Part shown: positions 1 to 9,042 of the stretch, one piece after another | Numbering within the stretch: position 1 is the stretch's first letter | Layout: every line of letters starts with the position of its first letter | Assembly (NCBI GenBank): GCA_013697735.1 | Contig: JACCWH010000050.1 | Location: 62-64,061, forward strand | DNA: 64,000 nt | DNA from: Trueperaceae bacterium | Lineage (GTDB): Bacteria > Deinococcota > Deinococci > Deinococcales > Trueperaceae | Direction of reading: 5' to 3' | Made by a program: the position numbers and the translations under genes | The notes under the pieces: model-generated | Database searches by the model: none | What the model saw: the letters and a program-made list of their open reading frames with translations, nothing else | Told to the model about the DNA's origin: nothing

Positions 1-20
1 CGCTCCACCGCGGAGGCTTC

Positions 21-572
21 ATGGCAAAGACCGAAACCGTGACGATCGAAGAGACCCCCATCACCCTCGTCCGACCGACCTTCGGGAAGATGGGCACGAT
101 GGCCGCAGCCGTCCAGAAGCTCTACGAGATGAGCGACGCGGGCGCCGTCCTCACGCACCCGAGCTTCGCCGTCGTGGTCGAGAAGGCGTGCGCGACGCCC
201 GCCGATTACGAGATGGCGCGCGAGTTGTCCTTCGCGGGCATGTGGGAACTGTGGGAGGCGTACCTCGACTTCGGCGGCTACGAACAGTTTTTCACGGAGG
301 CCTCCGAGCGGCAGCGGAGGCGGCAGGAGGAGCTGACGGAACGGCGACTCAAGGCGCAAAGCGCGCAGTTCGACCAGATGAAGCGGCTTGGCTTCTTGGA
401 CAAAGACTTCTCGCTCGGCGACGTAATGAAGGACAGCCTCATCCAGGGCGCGCACTCACAGTTGCAGACTGGCGCGCCGACGCCCAACGTAGGGGGCGAG
501 GAGCCGATCCCGACCTCGCCATCGTTTACGACTACTACGCCGGAGCCTACGGCTGGCGACCCGAAGAAGTAG
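21..572 (+). CDS. tail assembly chaperone (gpG-like)
   Basis: 183-aa ORF with GGAGG 6 nt upstream of ATG 21. It lies between the major tail protein (63364..63996, contiguous if the window is circular) and the tape measure gene, the conserved chaperone position. It is overlapped in the -1 frame by ORF 188..892. Confidence 0.6.
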   Translation: MAKTETVTIEETPITLVRPTFGKMGTMAAAVQKLYEMSDAGAVLTHPSFAVVVEKACATPADYEMARELSFAGMWELWEAYLDFGGYEQFFTEASERQRRRQEELTERRLKAQSAQFDQMKRLGFLDKDFSLGDVMKDSLIQGAHSQLQTGAPTPNVGGEEPIPTSPSFTTTTPEPTAGDPKK

Positions 573-892
573 ACGCGCAAGACTACTGGCTGATCGCTCT
601 CGACATGCCGATGGCGGCCCGCAAGCGCCGCGCGCTGGAGCAACTCGACCTCGCCTACCTAGAGGTCGACTTGCGCGGCCCCGAAGGCCAACAGGTCTCC
701 TACGACGAGAAGGGCAAGCGCGTCAGCGGTAAGGCGCGCACCGACTACATCGGCTTCAAGAAGCGCATCGAGCGCTTGCAGGTGGAGGCGGGCCTCGTCG
801 ACCGCGACCTCCTCCGCATCGTCGAGGAGATCAAGCGCCAGGATCGCTTCTTCGGCGAAGCGACGACGGGTCTGAAATCCGTGGACGGCTGA
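21..892 (+). CDS. candidate gpGT-like -1 frameshift fusion (frame of 21..572 joined to frame of 188..892)
   Basis: The -1 frame stays open across the 3' part of 21..572 and runs to 892, where its TGA overlaps the next ATG. An independent start at ATG 605/611 has no visible RBS. The G-run at 492-496 is the best slippery candidate. Synteny matches lambda G/GT. Confidence 0.35.
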
Positions 893-1431
893 TGCTCTCA
901 CGCCCCTCGGTTGCGCCTGGGGTCTCTGCTATCCTCCCGCCGATGCGGGTCACGGTGATCGTCGAGGATCGCAAGCTCGTCCGGGCGCTGGGGCTCATCC
1001 GCTCCCGAGCACCCGGCGAGATGGAGATCATCGCCCGCACGCTCGCCGCGATCGGCAAGGAGTATGCGCGCGACATCATCACCGTAGTGATCTACGCGAC
1101 CCCGCAACGGAGCGGCTACAAGCGCACGCGCTTCCTGCTCCGCTCGATCTTCGGCGAGTTCCAGAAGATGGAGCGCGGTCACGTCGTCACCATCGGCGCA
1201 GCCGCGAAGTACGCGTACTTCAACGAGCTGGGCACCTATGACAGTGCCATCCTTCCCGAGACCGTCCTCGATGATGCCCGCCGGAACCGCTCGGACTTGA
1301 TCACGCTCGAATACGGGTCGCCCGAGCGGGGCTTGGAGCCGCGCCCGTTCATCCTCCCGGCCATGATCAAGCTCGAACGCGAACTACCAGGCCTCGTGCT
1401 CACCGCCTACCGGAGGCTCGGCCGTGGCTGA
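892..1431 (+). CDS. HK97 gp10-family head-tail/tail-completion protein
   Basis: The motifs AAKYAYFNELGT and RPFILPAM fit the HK97 gp10-family signature. ATG 892 overlaps the upstream TGA. An alternative start, ATG 943 (MRVTVIV...), lies exactly 7 nt after a TGcTATCCT extended -10. Confidence 0.7.
   Translation: MLSRPSVAPGVSAILPPMRVTVIVEDRKLVRALGLIRSRAPGEMEIIARTLAAIGKEYARDIITVVIYATPQRSGYKRTRFLLRSIFGEFQKMERGHVVTIGAAAKYAYFNELGTYDSAILPETVLDDARRNRSDLITLEYGSPERGLEPRPFILPAMIKLERELPGLVLTAYRRLGRG
927..942 (+). promoter_or_regulatory. extended -10 promoter candidate (TATCCTCC class)
   Basis: TGcTATCCT at 927-935, followed by exactly 7 nt and then ATG 943. Confidence 0.4.
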
Positions 1432-4400
1432 CCTGCCGGACTTCAGCGCGAAGTTCCTCCTCGACTCCAGCCAGTTCGACGACGCCGTCGACAAGGTCCT
1501 CGGGCGGATCGGTCGCGTCCGCGCCGCCGTCAGCGGGTGGTCGGAGGACCTCACCCAACTCTCGAACCGCGCCGCCGCCCTCGGTGTCTCGCTCGGCATC
1601 GGCCTCGCCCCCGGCGTCGCGGGCATGATCTCGCTGGAGAGCGCGCTCGCGCGCACGCTCTCCGTCGGTGACGCGACCGAGCTACAGATCGCCCGGATCA
1701 CCGCCGCCGCGAAAGAGATGGGCAGCGGCGTGATCGGGCCGACCCAAGTCGCCGACTCGCTCTACAACCTCGCCTCCGCGGGCTTGGAGACCGAGCAACA
1801 GCTCACGGCGCTCCCGACCGTGATCCAGCTCGCCGTCGCGAGCGCGGTCGACCTCGACACGTCCTCGCAGCTCCTCGTCCAGACGATGCGGGCATTCAAC
1901 CTCGAAGCCAGCCAGACAGCGCGAATCGCGAACGTGATCGCCGCGTCGAACGCGGTCTCCTCGTCGAACGCCTTGCGCCTCGCCGAGGCCTACAAGCTCG
2001 TCGCTGCGAACGCCTCCGCCGCGAACCTGACGCTGGAAGAGACCACCGCCGCCCTCAACATCCTGATCGACGTCTTCCAGAACGGCGAGCAGGCGGGCAC
2101 CGGCTTGCGCAACGTGATCACCCGCCTCGCCGCGGGCGGACCGCAGTTGCGCGAGGCGGCCGACAAGGCCGGGATCTCGATTCGCAACCTCAACCCCAGC
2201 GTCGTCGGCTTGGGCGTCGCCATCGAGAACCTCGCGCAGCTCATGGCGGTCGACGCCTCCGCCGCGTTCGCGATCTTCGGCGACCGCGGGCAGACCACCG
2301 CGAACATCCTCGCCGCGAACGCCGAGCGCTTCGCCGACATGGAGGAGGCGATCACCGGCACGAACGCCCTACTGGGGCAGTTCAACCGGCAGACGGCGAC
2401 GACGAGTGCGCGGTTGCGCACCATGCGCAATCAGGTGGTCGTCACCGGGATCGCTTACTCCCAGGGCCTCAAGCCGTTCATCGACGCCTCCGCGGGCGCC
2501 CTCACGGGGCTCATGGTCGTCCTCAACGCCGTTCCCGCACCCCTGAAGGCAGTGATCGGCGCCGTCGCCGCCGCCGTAGCGGGCTTCCTCCTGTGGCAAG
2601 CGATCCTCTTCCGCATGATCAAGGCCCTGCTCACGACCACGTTCGCCCAGAACATCCTCAACGCGACCCAGAAGGCCTTTTGGGGGCTGCTCGCGGAATC
2701 GGGCGTGAACGTGGAGCACCTCCAGGGGCTATTGAGAGGGCTCACGGTAGCGAACCTGCAAGCGGCTGCGTCGGGCGACAAACTCGCGCTCGTGCAGGTT
2801 CGTCAGGGCGCGGTCGCGGTCGTGCTCGCCGCGAAAGCCGCGATCCTCGCGACGGCGCTGGGGGCTCTCAGGAACGCCACGATGGCCGCGAAGGCTGCGC
2901 TAGCCATTCTGATAGCCAACCCCGTGCTCGTCGCCATCGGGCTGGCGCTGGTCATACTGCAACAGCTCGCGCGCTACGCCGAGATCCTCCGTCCCGCCCT
3001 CGTGCAACTCCGCGGTTCGTTCAGCGCCATGGCCTCCACCGCGCTCGGGTTGCGCGAGGTGTCCGACGTCCTCAAGGTGATGGGCGCGTTCCTCAATAGC
3101 GTGCTGATCGCGGCGATGGAGGTCCTAGCCCTCGTCACGGCGGACGTCGCCTACCGCTTCCGACTGCTCGCACTGAATCTCCAGTTCATGCGTGACGCGG
3201 GCGCCGCCCGCAACCTCGCGCAAATCGCAGAGGCGCAAGCTCGGCTTCGGGAGGAGACCGCGGCCGCCACCGAAGAATGGATGCAACTGCGGCGCGAGAT
3301 CGACGCGACCGCGCAAGCCGCCACGAACGCCGCCTGGGGAATCGCCGCCGCCGACCTCGAAGAGCTACGTCGCCAGCTCGGCATGACCGAGGCGGAGTTC
3401 GCCGCCCTCCGCGCGACCGCGCTCGCCACCTACGCTTCCTTCACGCAGCTCGCCTCCGACATCGTCTTCGACATCGACGCGACACCCTTCGAGCGCACCA
3501 TCCGCTCGATCCGGGAGACCACCGCGCAGCTCATCAAGGACCTCGCCGCCGAGCTGGACGAGAATCCCCTCCTGGGGCTGCTCGACGTCGACGGCAACGA
3601 AGTCCAGAACCTCGCCGACTCGATGTACGGCACCCTCCTCGCCGCCATCGAGCGGGCCGGGCGCGACGCGGACGCGATCGCCACCGCGCGCTTCATCGCC
3701 GACATCCAACGCCAGGTCGATGATGCCCGCATCAACGCCTTGCGCGATGGCGCGGAGAAGCTCGAAGCCCAGCACGCCCTCCGGGAGGCCGACATCGCGC
3801 GGCAACAGGCCGAATCGCTGCGCGGGCTCGAAGAGGGGAGCCTCGATTACATCGCCGTGCTGGAGCACTACACCGACCTCATCCTCCTCAACCGAGCGCG
3901 CTACGCCGAGGAGTTGGCCGAGCTGGAAGAGCGCATCGCGCAGACCGTCGAGAATGCGCAGCGCGAGGTCACGGATCGACGCATCGCAGCGATGGAGGAC
4001 GGCGAGGCGAAGATCCGCGCCCAAGCCGCCTTGCGCGTCGAGGACGCGCGCAAGCAATCGACCGAGCGCCTAGAGTTCGTCCAGGACGACACCGACGCGT
4101 ACGAGGCGATCAAGAACGCCGAAGCGGAGCTGGTGGGGCTCCTCAACGCCGAGATGCTGCGAGAGATCGAGCTGCACAATAAGCGCGTCGCGGACGCCCT
4201 CCGCCAGAGCACCGAGACCTACCGCGGCGTCCTCGACGAGCTGCAGCGTGAATCGCGCCGCCTCACGACCGGAGCGCAGGGCGATCCCTTCACGGCGCTG
4301 CTCCTCGGGCAACAGGTGGAGTTGGAACGCGCCGCCGAGGGGATCCGCAGCGCCCTCGCCGCGGTCGCCGCGGACGCGGAGACGGGCATCATCACCCTCG

Positions 4401-7144
4401 CCGAAGCGACCGAGCGAGGCGCCGCGATCATGGCCGCCTGGGCCGCGAACGAAGCGGCCACCCGAGGGGGGCACTTGCGCGACCAGCGCGCCTTCAACGC
4501 GAGCCGCGAAGCCGATCAGCTCGCGCACCGGGACCGCATCGCCGCGATCTACGACAGCATGGCCGCCGCCGCAATCGAGGATCCAGTCCAACAGGCGGCC
4601 GCAGAGCGCGACGCGGAGCTGGCCCGCCTCGACGCTTGGCTCGCCGAGCGAGCGTTGCGCACCGAGCGCGATTACGCCCAACGCCTCGCTGACGAGGAGG
4701 AGTTCCAGGCTCGCCGAGCGCAGACCATCGCGAACGCCGAGCGCGCCATCGCGGCGGCGCAAGAGCGCGCTAGTGAAGAGCTGCAGCGAGCCATCGCCGA
4801 ACGCGTCAGCGCCGAAGCAACCACCAGCGCCTCGCTCCGCCAGAGCGGAATCGCGGGCATCGTGAACGTCGAGGACTTGCGCCTCAGTGCCCAGCGCCTC
4901 CGGGAGGTCGCGAGCGAGTTACGCGCGCTCGGCGCCACGGGCGAGACGCTCGCGGGGCTCCGTGAGGAGCTGGAGGACACGCAACGCGCCATCGCCACCC
5001 TCGCTCGCGAGGCCCGGACCTTCCTGGGCGACACGCTCGCCTCCGTTGCCGCCGAAGTTCGGGAGCTGACGGAGGATCTCTACTTCACCGACGCCGAACG
5101 CGGCCAGAGCGCGCTCCGGCGGACCCTGCAGGGCTTCGACGAGCAGCTCGTGAGCGCTCGGTCTTACCTGCGCGAGCGCTTGGGGGATACGAGCGCCTTC
5201 CACGACGCGATGGCGAGCCTCGAAGAGGCCACCGCAGAGCGTCGACGCTTGACCGTGGAGCGCTTCAATCGGGACGTCGCCAAAGCCGAGAGCGATCGCG
5301 TCGACGCGGTGCAGGACGCGAACGCGCAGATCGGCCGGGAGACCGATCGGCTCCAGGCGGGCCTCATCCGCGACCGCGTGCGAAGCGAGCAAGCGCTCTA
5401 CCGGGTCGAACAGGCGGATCGCCGCCGTCAGTTCTTCGACCAGCTCGACGACTTGAGGGCGACGAACGAAGAGCGCATCGAGCTGATCGGCGGCTTCCGG
5501 CGGCGCGAGATGGCGATCGAGGAGGAGCACGCTCGCAGCGTGACCGCCCTCATCCGCCAATCGACCGAAGCGCGCTTCAGCGGCTTCGCGCAAGCGCAAG
5601 CGCAAGCACTCCAGTTGCAAGACGGCGCCGCCCAAGCCGCCGCCCGCGCGTACATCACGAACGTGGACGCGCAGATCGAAGCGTTGCGCCGCCAGGAGGA
5701 GGCCCAGCGGGCCAGCCTCACCACTACAGCGCGCGAGATCGACCTCCTCCGGGAGCGCAACACCGCGCTGCTCGCGTCGATCAGCGCGGTCTCGCAAGTG
5801 CGCTCCTACTACGAGCAGGTCCGCGACCTCTTCCAGGACCCCCGGGACGCTGGGGATCCACGCGTCGAGGCCGAGCGCGACCGCGCCATCGCGAAGCAGC
5901 TCTTCGACGACGCCGTACGGGCGAATGTCCCCCTCAACGAACGCGCGGCGCTGCTCCGGGACCTCATCGCCCTCAACGAACGCGTCGTCGAGTCGGGCGG
6001 CGAGTCCATCGGCCCCGACTTCGCGATCGTCGCGGCCGCTCGCGCCGAGTACGAGAGGACGATCGCGACCGCGCAACGCGCCGCTGACGAATGGAACCGT
6101 AACGAGAGCGCGATCACCGAGATGGAGGGCTCGGCCGGAACCCTCGAAAGCGCGCTCGCGACGCTCGCGGTCGAGATCAAGGCCCTCGGCGACGAGCTGA
6201 CGCGCCTCAACCGCATCACCCAGGGCGAGATCTGGGACGCGGCGGAGGGCCGCTTCCTCGACGTAGCGGACGCCGCCGTGCTCGCCAGGCAGCGCTACCT
6301 GGACGCCATTACGCAGATCGTCATGGAGTCGGGCAACTTCATCGGCGCGGTCTCGCCGCAGATCGCCGAGGAGCTGCTCTCGCAACTCGAACGCGGCGAC
6401 TTCCAGGCGCTCCTACGCACGTACTCCCTACAGACGGGCCACACCATGACCCAGGGGATGCTGGAGGGGCTCCTCAACACCCCCGTCCCGGGCAACACGG
6501 GCGAAACGCTCGCCGAGACGCTCGGCATCACCGACGTTCCCGCCCTGATGGAGAAGCTCGCGACGCAAGGAATGATCAAGCTCGCGGAGGAAATCGGCGA
6601 GAGCGGCGAAGCCGAGGCCGAGGGCGAGGAGTCGGCCGAGCAGATCTTCGCGGCCATGAAGCCGGTGATCGACGAGGCCGTCCTGCAACTCGGTGAAGTA
6701 GCCGGGCGCGGCCTGATGGAGGCGTTCGCGGAGGGAATCCGCGCGAATGAGGGCGTGATCCTCTCCGCGGTCGAGGCCGTGCTCGTGAAGGTGCGCGATC
6801 TGCTCCCCTCCTCGGACGCGAAGCGCGGGCCGCTCTCGGACTTGACCTTCTCGGGCGGTAGGCTCGTCACCACCTTCGCCAAGGGCGCCGAGAACCGCTC
6901 GGGCGAGCTGGCGAAGCGCATGGAGGGCGTCTTCGCGCACGCTCGGCCGGGCGCGATGGGACCCTCCCCCACCCGCATGCACTTCGGTGTGGGCGGCGGG
7001 GACACGCACTCGACCTCGATCACCATCAATGACAAGCGCGAGGGTGTCACCGGCCCCGTGCACATGGCGACGAACACGCTCATGAGCGCCGTACGCCGCG
7101 AGGTCGACGTGACTCGGCGCTTACGCCAGGGTGGGGGACGCTGA
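1424..7144 (+). CDS. tail tape measure protein (1906 aa)
   Basis: GTG 1424 has GGAGG 8 nt upstream. The N-terminus carries a tape-measure core motif (IGPTQVADSLYNLASAGLETEQ...). A hydrophobic segment spans roughly aa 340-590, followed by more than 1000 aa of Ala/Glu/Arg/Leu coiled coil. It sits after the chaperone genes. Confidence 0.95.
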   Translation: MADLPDFSAKFLLDSSQFDDAVDKVLGRIGRVRAAVSGWSEDLTQLSNRAAALGVSLGIGLAPGVAGMISLESALARTLSVGDATELQIARITAAAKEMGSGVIGPTQVADSLYNLASAGLETEQQLTALPTVIQLAVASAVDLDTSSQLLVQTMRAFNLEASQTARIANVIAASNAVSSSNALRLAEAYKLVAANASAANLTLEETTAALNILIDVFQNGEQAGTGLRNVITRLAAGGPQLREAADKAGISIRNLNPSVVGLGVAIENLAQLMAVDASAAFAIFGDRGQTTANILAANAERFADMEEAITGTNALLGQFNRQTATTSARLRTMRNQVVVTGIAYSQGLKPFIDASAGALTGLMVVLNAVPAPLKAVIGAVAAAVAGFLLWQAILFRMIKALLTTTFAQNILNATQKAFWGLLAESGVNVEHLQGLLRGLTVANLQAAASGDKLALVQVRQGAVAVVLAAKAAILATALGALRNATMAAKAALAILIANPVLVAIGLALVILQQLARYAEILRPALVQLRGSFSAMASTALGLREVSDVLKVMGAFLNSVLIAAMEVLALVTADVAYRFRLLALNLQFMRDAGAARNLAQIAEAQARLREETAAATEEWMQLRREIDATAQAATNAAWGIAAADLEELRRQLGMTEAEFAALRATALATYASFTQLASDIVFDIDATPFERTIRSIRETTAQLIKDLAAELDENPLLGLLDVDGNEVQNLADSMYGTLLAAIERAGRDADAIATARFIADIQRQVDDARINALRDGAEKLEAQHALREADIARQQAESLRGLEEGSLDYIAVLEHYTDLILLNRARYAEELAELEERIAQTVENAQREVTDRRIAAMEDGEAKIRAQAALRVEDARKQSTERLEFVQDDTDAYEAIKNAEAELVGLLNAEMLREIELHNKRVADALRQSTETYRGVLDELQRESRRLTTGAQGDPFTALLLGQQVELERAAEGIRSALAAVAADAETGIITLAEATERGAAIMAAWAANEAATRGGHLRDQRAFNASREADQLAHRDRIAAIYDSMAAAAIEDPVQQAAAERDAELARLDAWLAERALRTERDYAQRLADEEEFQARRAQTIANAERAIAAAQERASEELQRAIAERVSAEATTSASLRQSGIAGIVNVEDLRLSAQRLREVASELRALGATGETLAGLREELEDTQRAIATLAREARTFLGDTLASVAAEVRELTEDLYFTDAERGQSALRRTLQGFDEQLVSARSYLRERLGDTSAFHDAMASLEEATAERRRLTVERFNRDVAKAESDRVDAVQDANAQIGRETDRLQAGLIRDRVRSEQALYRVEQADRRRQFFDQLDDLRATNEERIELIGGFRRREMAIEEEHARSVTALIRQSTEARFSGFAQAQAQALQLQDGAAQAAARAYITNVDAQIEALRRQEEAQRASLTTTAREIDLLRERNTALLASISAVSQVRSYYEQVRDLFQDPRDAGDPRVEAERDRAIAKQLFDDAVRANVPLNERAALLRDLIALNERVVESGGESIGPDFAIVAAARAEYERTIATAQRAADEWNRNESAITEMEGSAGTLESALATLAVEIKALGDELTRLNRITQGEIWDAAEGRFLDVADAAVLARQRYLDAITQIVMESGNFIGAVSPQIAEELLSQLERGDFQALLRTYSLQTGHTMTQGMLEGLLNTPVPGNTGETLAETLGITDVPALMEKLATQGMIKLAEEIGESGEAEAEGEESAEQIFAAMKPVIDEAVLQLGEVAGRGLMEAFAEGIRANEGVILSAVEAVLVKVRDLLPSSDAKRGPLSDLTFSGGRLVTTFAKGAENRSGELAKRMEGVFAHARPGAMGPSPTRMHFGVGGGDTHSTSITINDKREGVTGPVHMATNTLMSAVRREVDVTRRLRQGGGR

Positions 7145-7530
7145 TGCTGAAACTCGCGACCGTCGAGGTAGAGGCGCACCACGAGCCCCCACGGCCGATG
7201 CTGCCCCCGCGACGCCGAGTGCAGGTGCTCCATGGCGCGGTGGGGGACCTGGAGGAGCACGTCGTGGATTGGGGGCTCGAAGCGAGCCGCCCCATCCGCT
7301 TCGCGTCGAGCCCGCACCAGGGCTTCCTCACCGGCCCCCAAGTGGAGGCGCTGCACGCCCTCTACGAGGCGGGCGCCACGTTCGCGTTGGAGACCGACCT
7401 CCTGAAGCCCCTCGGTGGGCTCGCCGACACCTATACCTGCCGCTTCGACACCCGAACGGTGCCGATCTTCCCGCCCGCGGATCCAGCGGGCAACCTCTAC
7501 TACCTCGACATGGTCCTACTCATCTTGTGA
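7144..7530 (+). CDS. hypothetical tail protein (distal-tail position)
   Basis: 128-aa ORF whose ATG overlaps the tape-measure TGA. GC3-rich frame. First gene after the tape measure. Confidence 0.6.
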   Translation: MLKLATVEVEAHHEPPRPMLPPRRRVQVLHGAVGDLEEHVVDWGLEASRPIRFASSPHQGFLTGPQVEALHALYEAGATFALETDLLKPLGGLADTYTCRFDTRTVPIFPPADPAGNLYYLDMVLLIL

Positions 7531-7542
7531 TGGAGGTCTGAT

Positions 7543-7929
7543 ATGCCCCCCGTTCTGCAATGGTTCGAGAGCGATGGCGTGACACCGCTCGGCAGCCTCG
7601 CCCTCGGCACCGTCGGCCCGGGCGAGAGTTACTTCGGCAAGAACGGCTCCTACCGGGAGTTGATCCTGAAGAACACCGGGAACGCCGTCGCCGACTCCGT
7701 CGAGATCAACATCCAGAAGGTCATGACCTTCGCGATCGACGAGTACCTCCAGGTCGCCTACGGCGTTACACCCGGCGCCTTCTCTGGGTACGCGGATCCA
7801 CCCCTCGCCCTCGGCACACTCGCGCCGGACGCCACCGTGCAGGTCTACGTCGATCTGGTGATTCCCGTCATGGCAGCCAGGCGCAGCGGCCAGTGGGCCA
7901 ACCTCGCCGTCGGTTACGTGGACGCATAG
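7543..7929 (+). CDS. hypothetical tail-associated protein
   Basis: 128-aa ORF with GGAGG 6 nt upstream of the ATG and a beta-rich composition, within the tail module. Confidence 0.6.
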   Translation: MPPVLQWFESDGVTPLGSLALGTVGPGESYFGKNGSYRELILKNTGNAVADSVEINIQKVMTFAIDEYLQVAYGVTPGAFSGYADPPLALGTLAPDATVQVYVDLVIPVMAARRSGQWANLAVGYVDA

Positions 7930-7938
7930 GCTCCGAGC

Positions 7939-9042
7939 GTGCCTCCGCGCTGGTTCTACCCCCTCGACCCCGTCCTCGACCCGGCGCTACTGCCCGCGGT
8001 TCGCGAGGGCGCGGCCTGGGGCCTGCACGCGGGGCGCTACTACCTGCTCGGCGGCTTCGACGCCGCCTACGGCGCGACGACGAGCGTCTACTCCTACTCA
8101 CCCCTCGATAACGCCTGGGTCACGCACGATCCCATCACACCCGCGATCGCTCAGTACCTCGCTATCGCGAGCGTCGGCGACTGGATCTACTTCACCGGCC
8201 CGCTTGGATCCTTCCACCGCTACAACCCCGCCACTGGGGTCAGCGAAGCGCTCACCGCGAGTGGGATCGGCGACGAGCACCCCCTCGTCGCGCGAGGTTC
8301 GAGCATCTATCACGGCGTCACCACACCCCAACCCCGCGTCTACGACACGATGGTCGGCGCCTGGAGCGACACCCCCGGCGTGACGCCGTTCGTCTCTCCC
8401 GCTCCCCTCCCGGGCCTGATGGCTGACGGCTCCACGATCATCGTGAGCACCCAGGTGGGCGCGACGACGGTAGTGCGCCGCTGGACGCCCCTCACTGGCG
8501 CCTGGAGCGACCTACCCACGGCGGCCGTCGACCGCTGGCAACCCTCGCTCGTGCGCTACCGCGGCACCCTCTACCTCATCGGCGGCGTGGCGTCGGATGG
8601 CGTGAGCCCGCAACCGGGCTTCGCGACCCTCGAAGCGGGCGCACCCTCGTGGACGGAGTCGCCCGATGGCGACCTGGCCGCGTGGGCGAACGGTGTGCTG
8701 GTCGGTGATCGCTTCGTCGCCGCGGGCGGCTACGATCACGTCGCCCTCGCGCCGACGGACACCATCGCCTTGTACGGCCAACCGCTTCACGTACTCGGCG
8801 CGAGCGCGAGCGTCGAACTGCCGATCGCGACCAACGTCGTACTCCTATCGGTCTCGGCGAGCGTTCAGGGCGGCCCCGGCAGGCGCCTCGACCTGCTCGT
8901 CTCCTCGCACACGGGCGCCCAGCGCAGCGTGAACCTACCGATCGTCGTCTCGACGCGCGACGAAGCGCTCGTCGCGATCACTGACCACTCCGACTTCGAC
9001 CCCCTGGACGAGACGATCATCATCCCGCCCGGTGGCGCCTGA
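7939..9042 (+). CDS. Kelch-repeat-like beta-propeller protein (tail module)
   Basis: About six repeats of the Kelch pattern (hydrophobic-x-GG ... Y/W ... W): YYLLGGFD..VYSYSPLDNAW, IYFTG..FHRYNPATG, IYHG..VYDTMVGAW, VRRWTPLTGAW, LYLIGGV, FVAAGGYD. Confidence 0.65.
   Translation: MPPRWFYPLDPVLDPALLPAVREGAAWGLHAGRYYLLGGFDAAYGATTSVYSYSPLDNAWVTHDPITPAIAQYLAIASVGDWIYFTGPLGSFHRYNPATGVSEALTASGIGDEHPLVARGSSIYHGVTTPQPRVYDTMVGAWSDTPGVTPFVSPAPLPGLMADGSTIIVSTQVGATTVVRRWTPLTGAWSDLPTAAVDRWQPSLVRYRGTLYLIGGVASDGVSPQPGFATLEAGAPSWTESPDGDLAAWANGVLVGDRFVAAGGYDHVALAPTDTIALYGQPLHVLGASASVELPIATNVVLLSVSASVQGGPGRRLDLLVSSHTGAQRSVNLPIVVSTRDEALVAITDHSDFDPLDETIIIPPGGA

Noticed and set aside
605-892. Independent 95-aa gene starting at ATG 605 or 611 instead of a frameshift extension
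   Set aside because: Not fully excluded, but there is no RBS. The frame is also open well upstream into the chaperone ORF, as in G/GT pairs. It is reported as the alternative within the frameshift finding.
4919-6385. 488-aa minus-strand ORF, plus several others (1990..2430, 3365..4057, 4070..4762, 6295..7356), antisense to the tape measure gene
   Set aside because: These are typical shadow ORFs of GC-rich DNA. They are Arg/Gly/Asp/Leu-rich with no motifs. The plus-strand frame carries the tape-measure core motif and strong GC3 bias.
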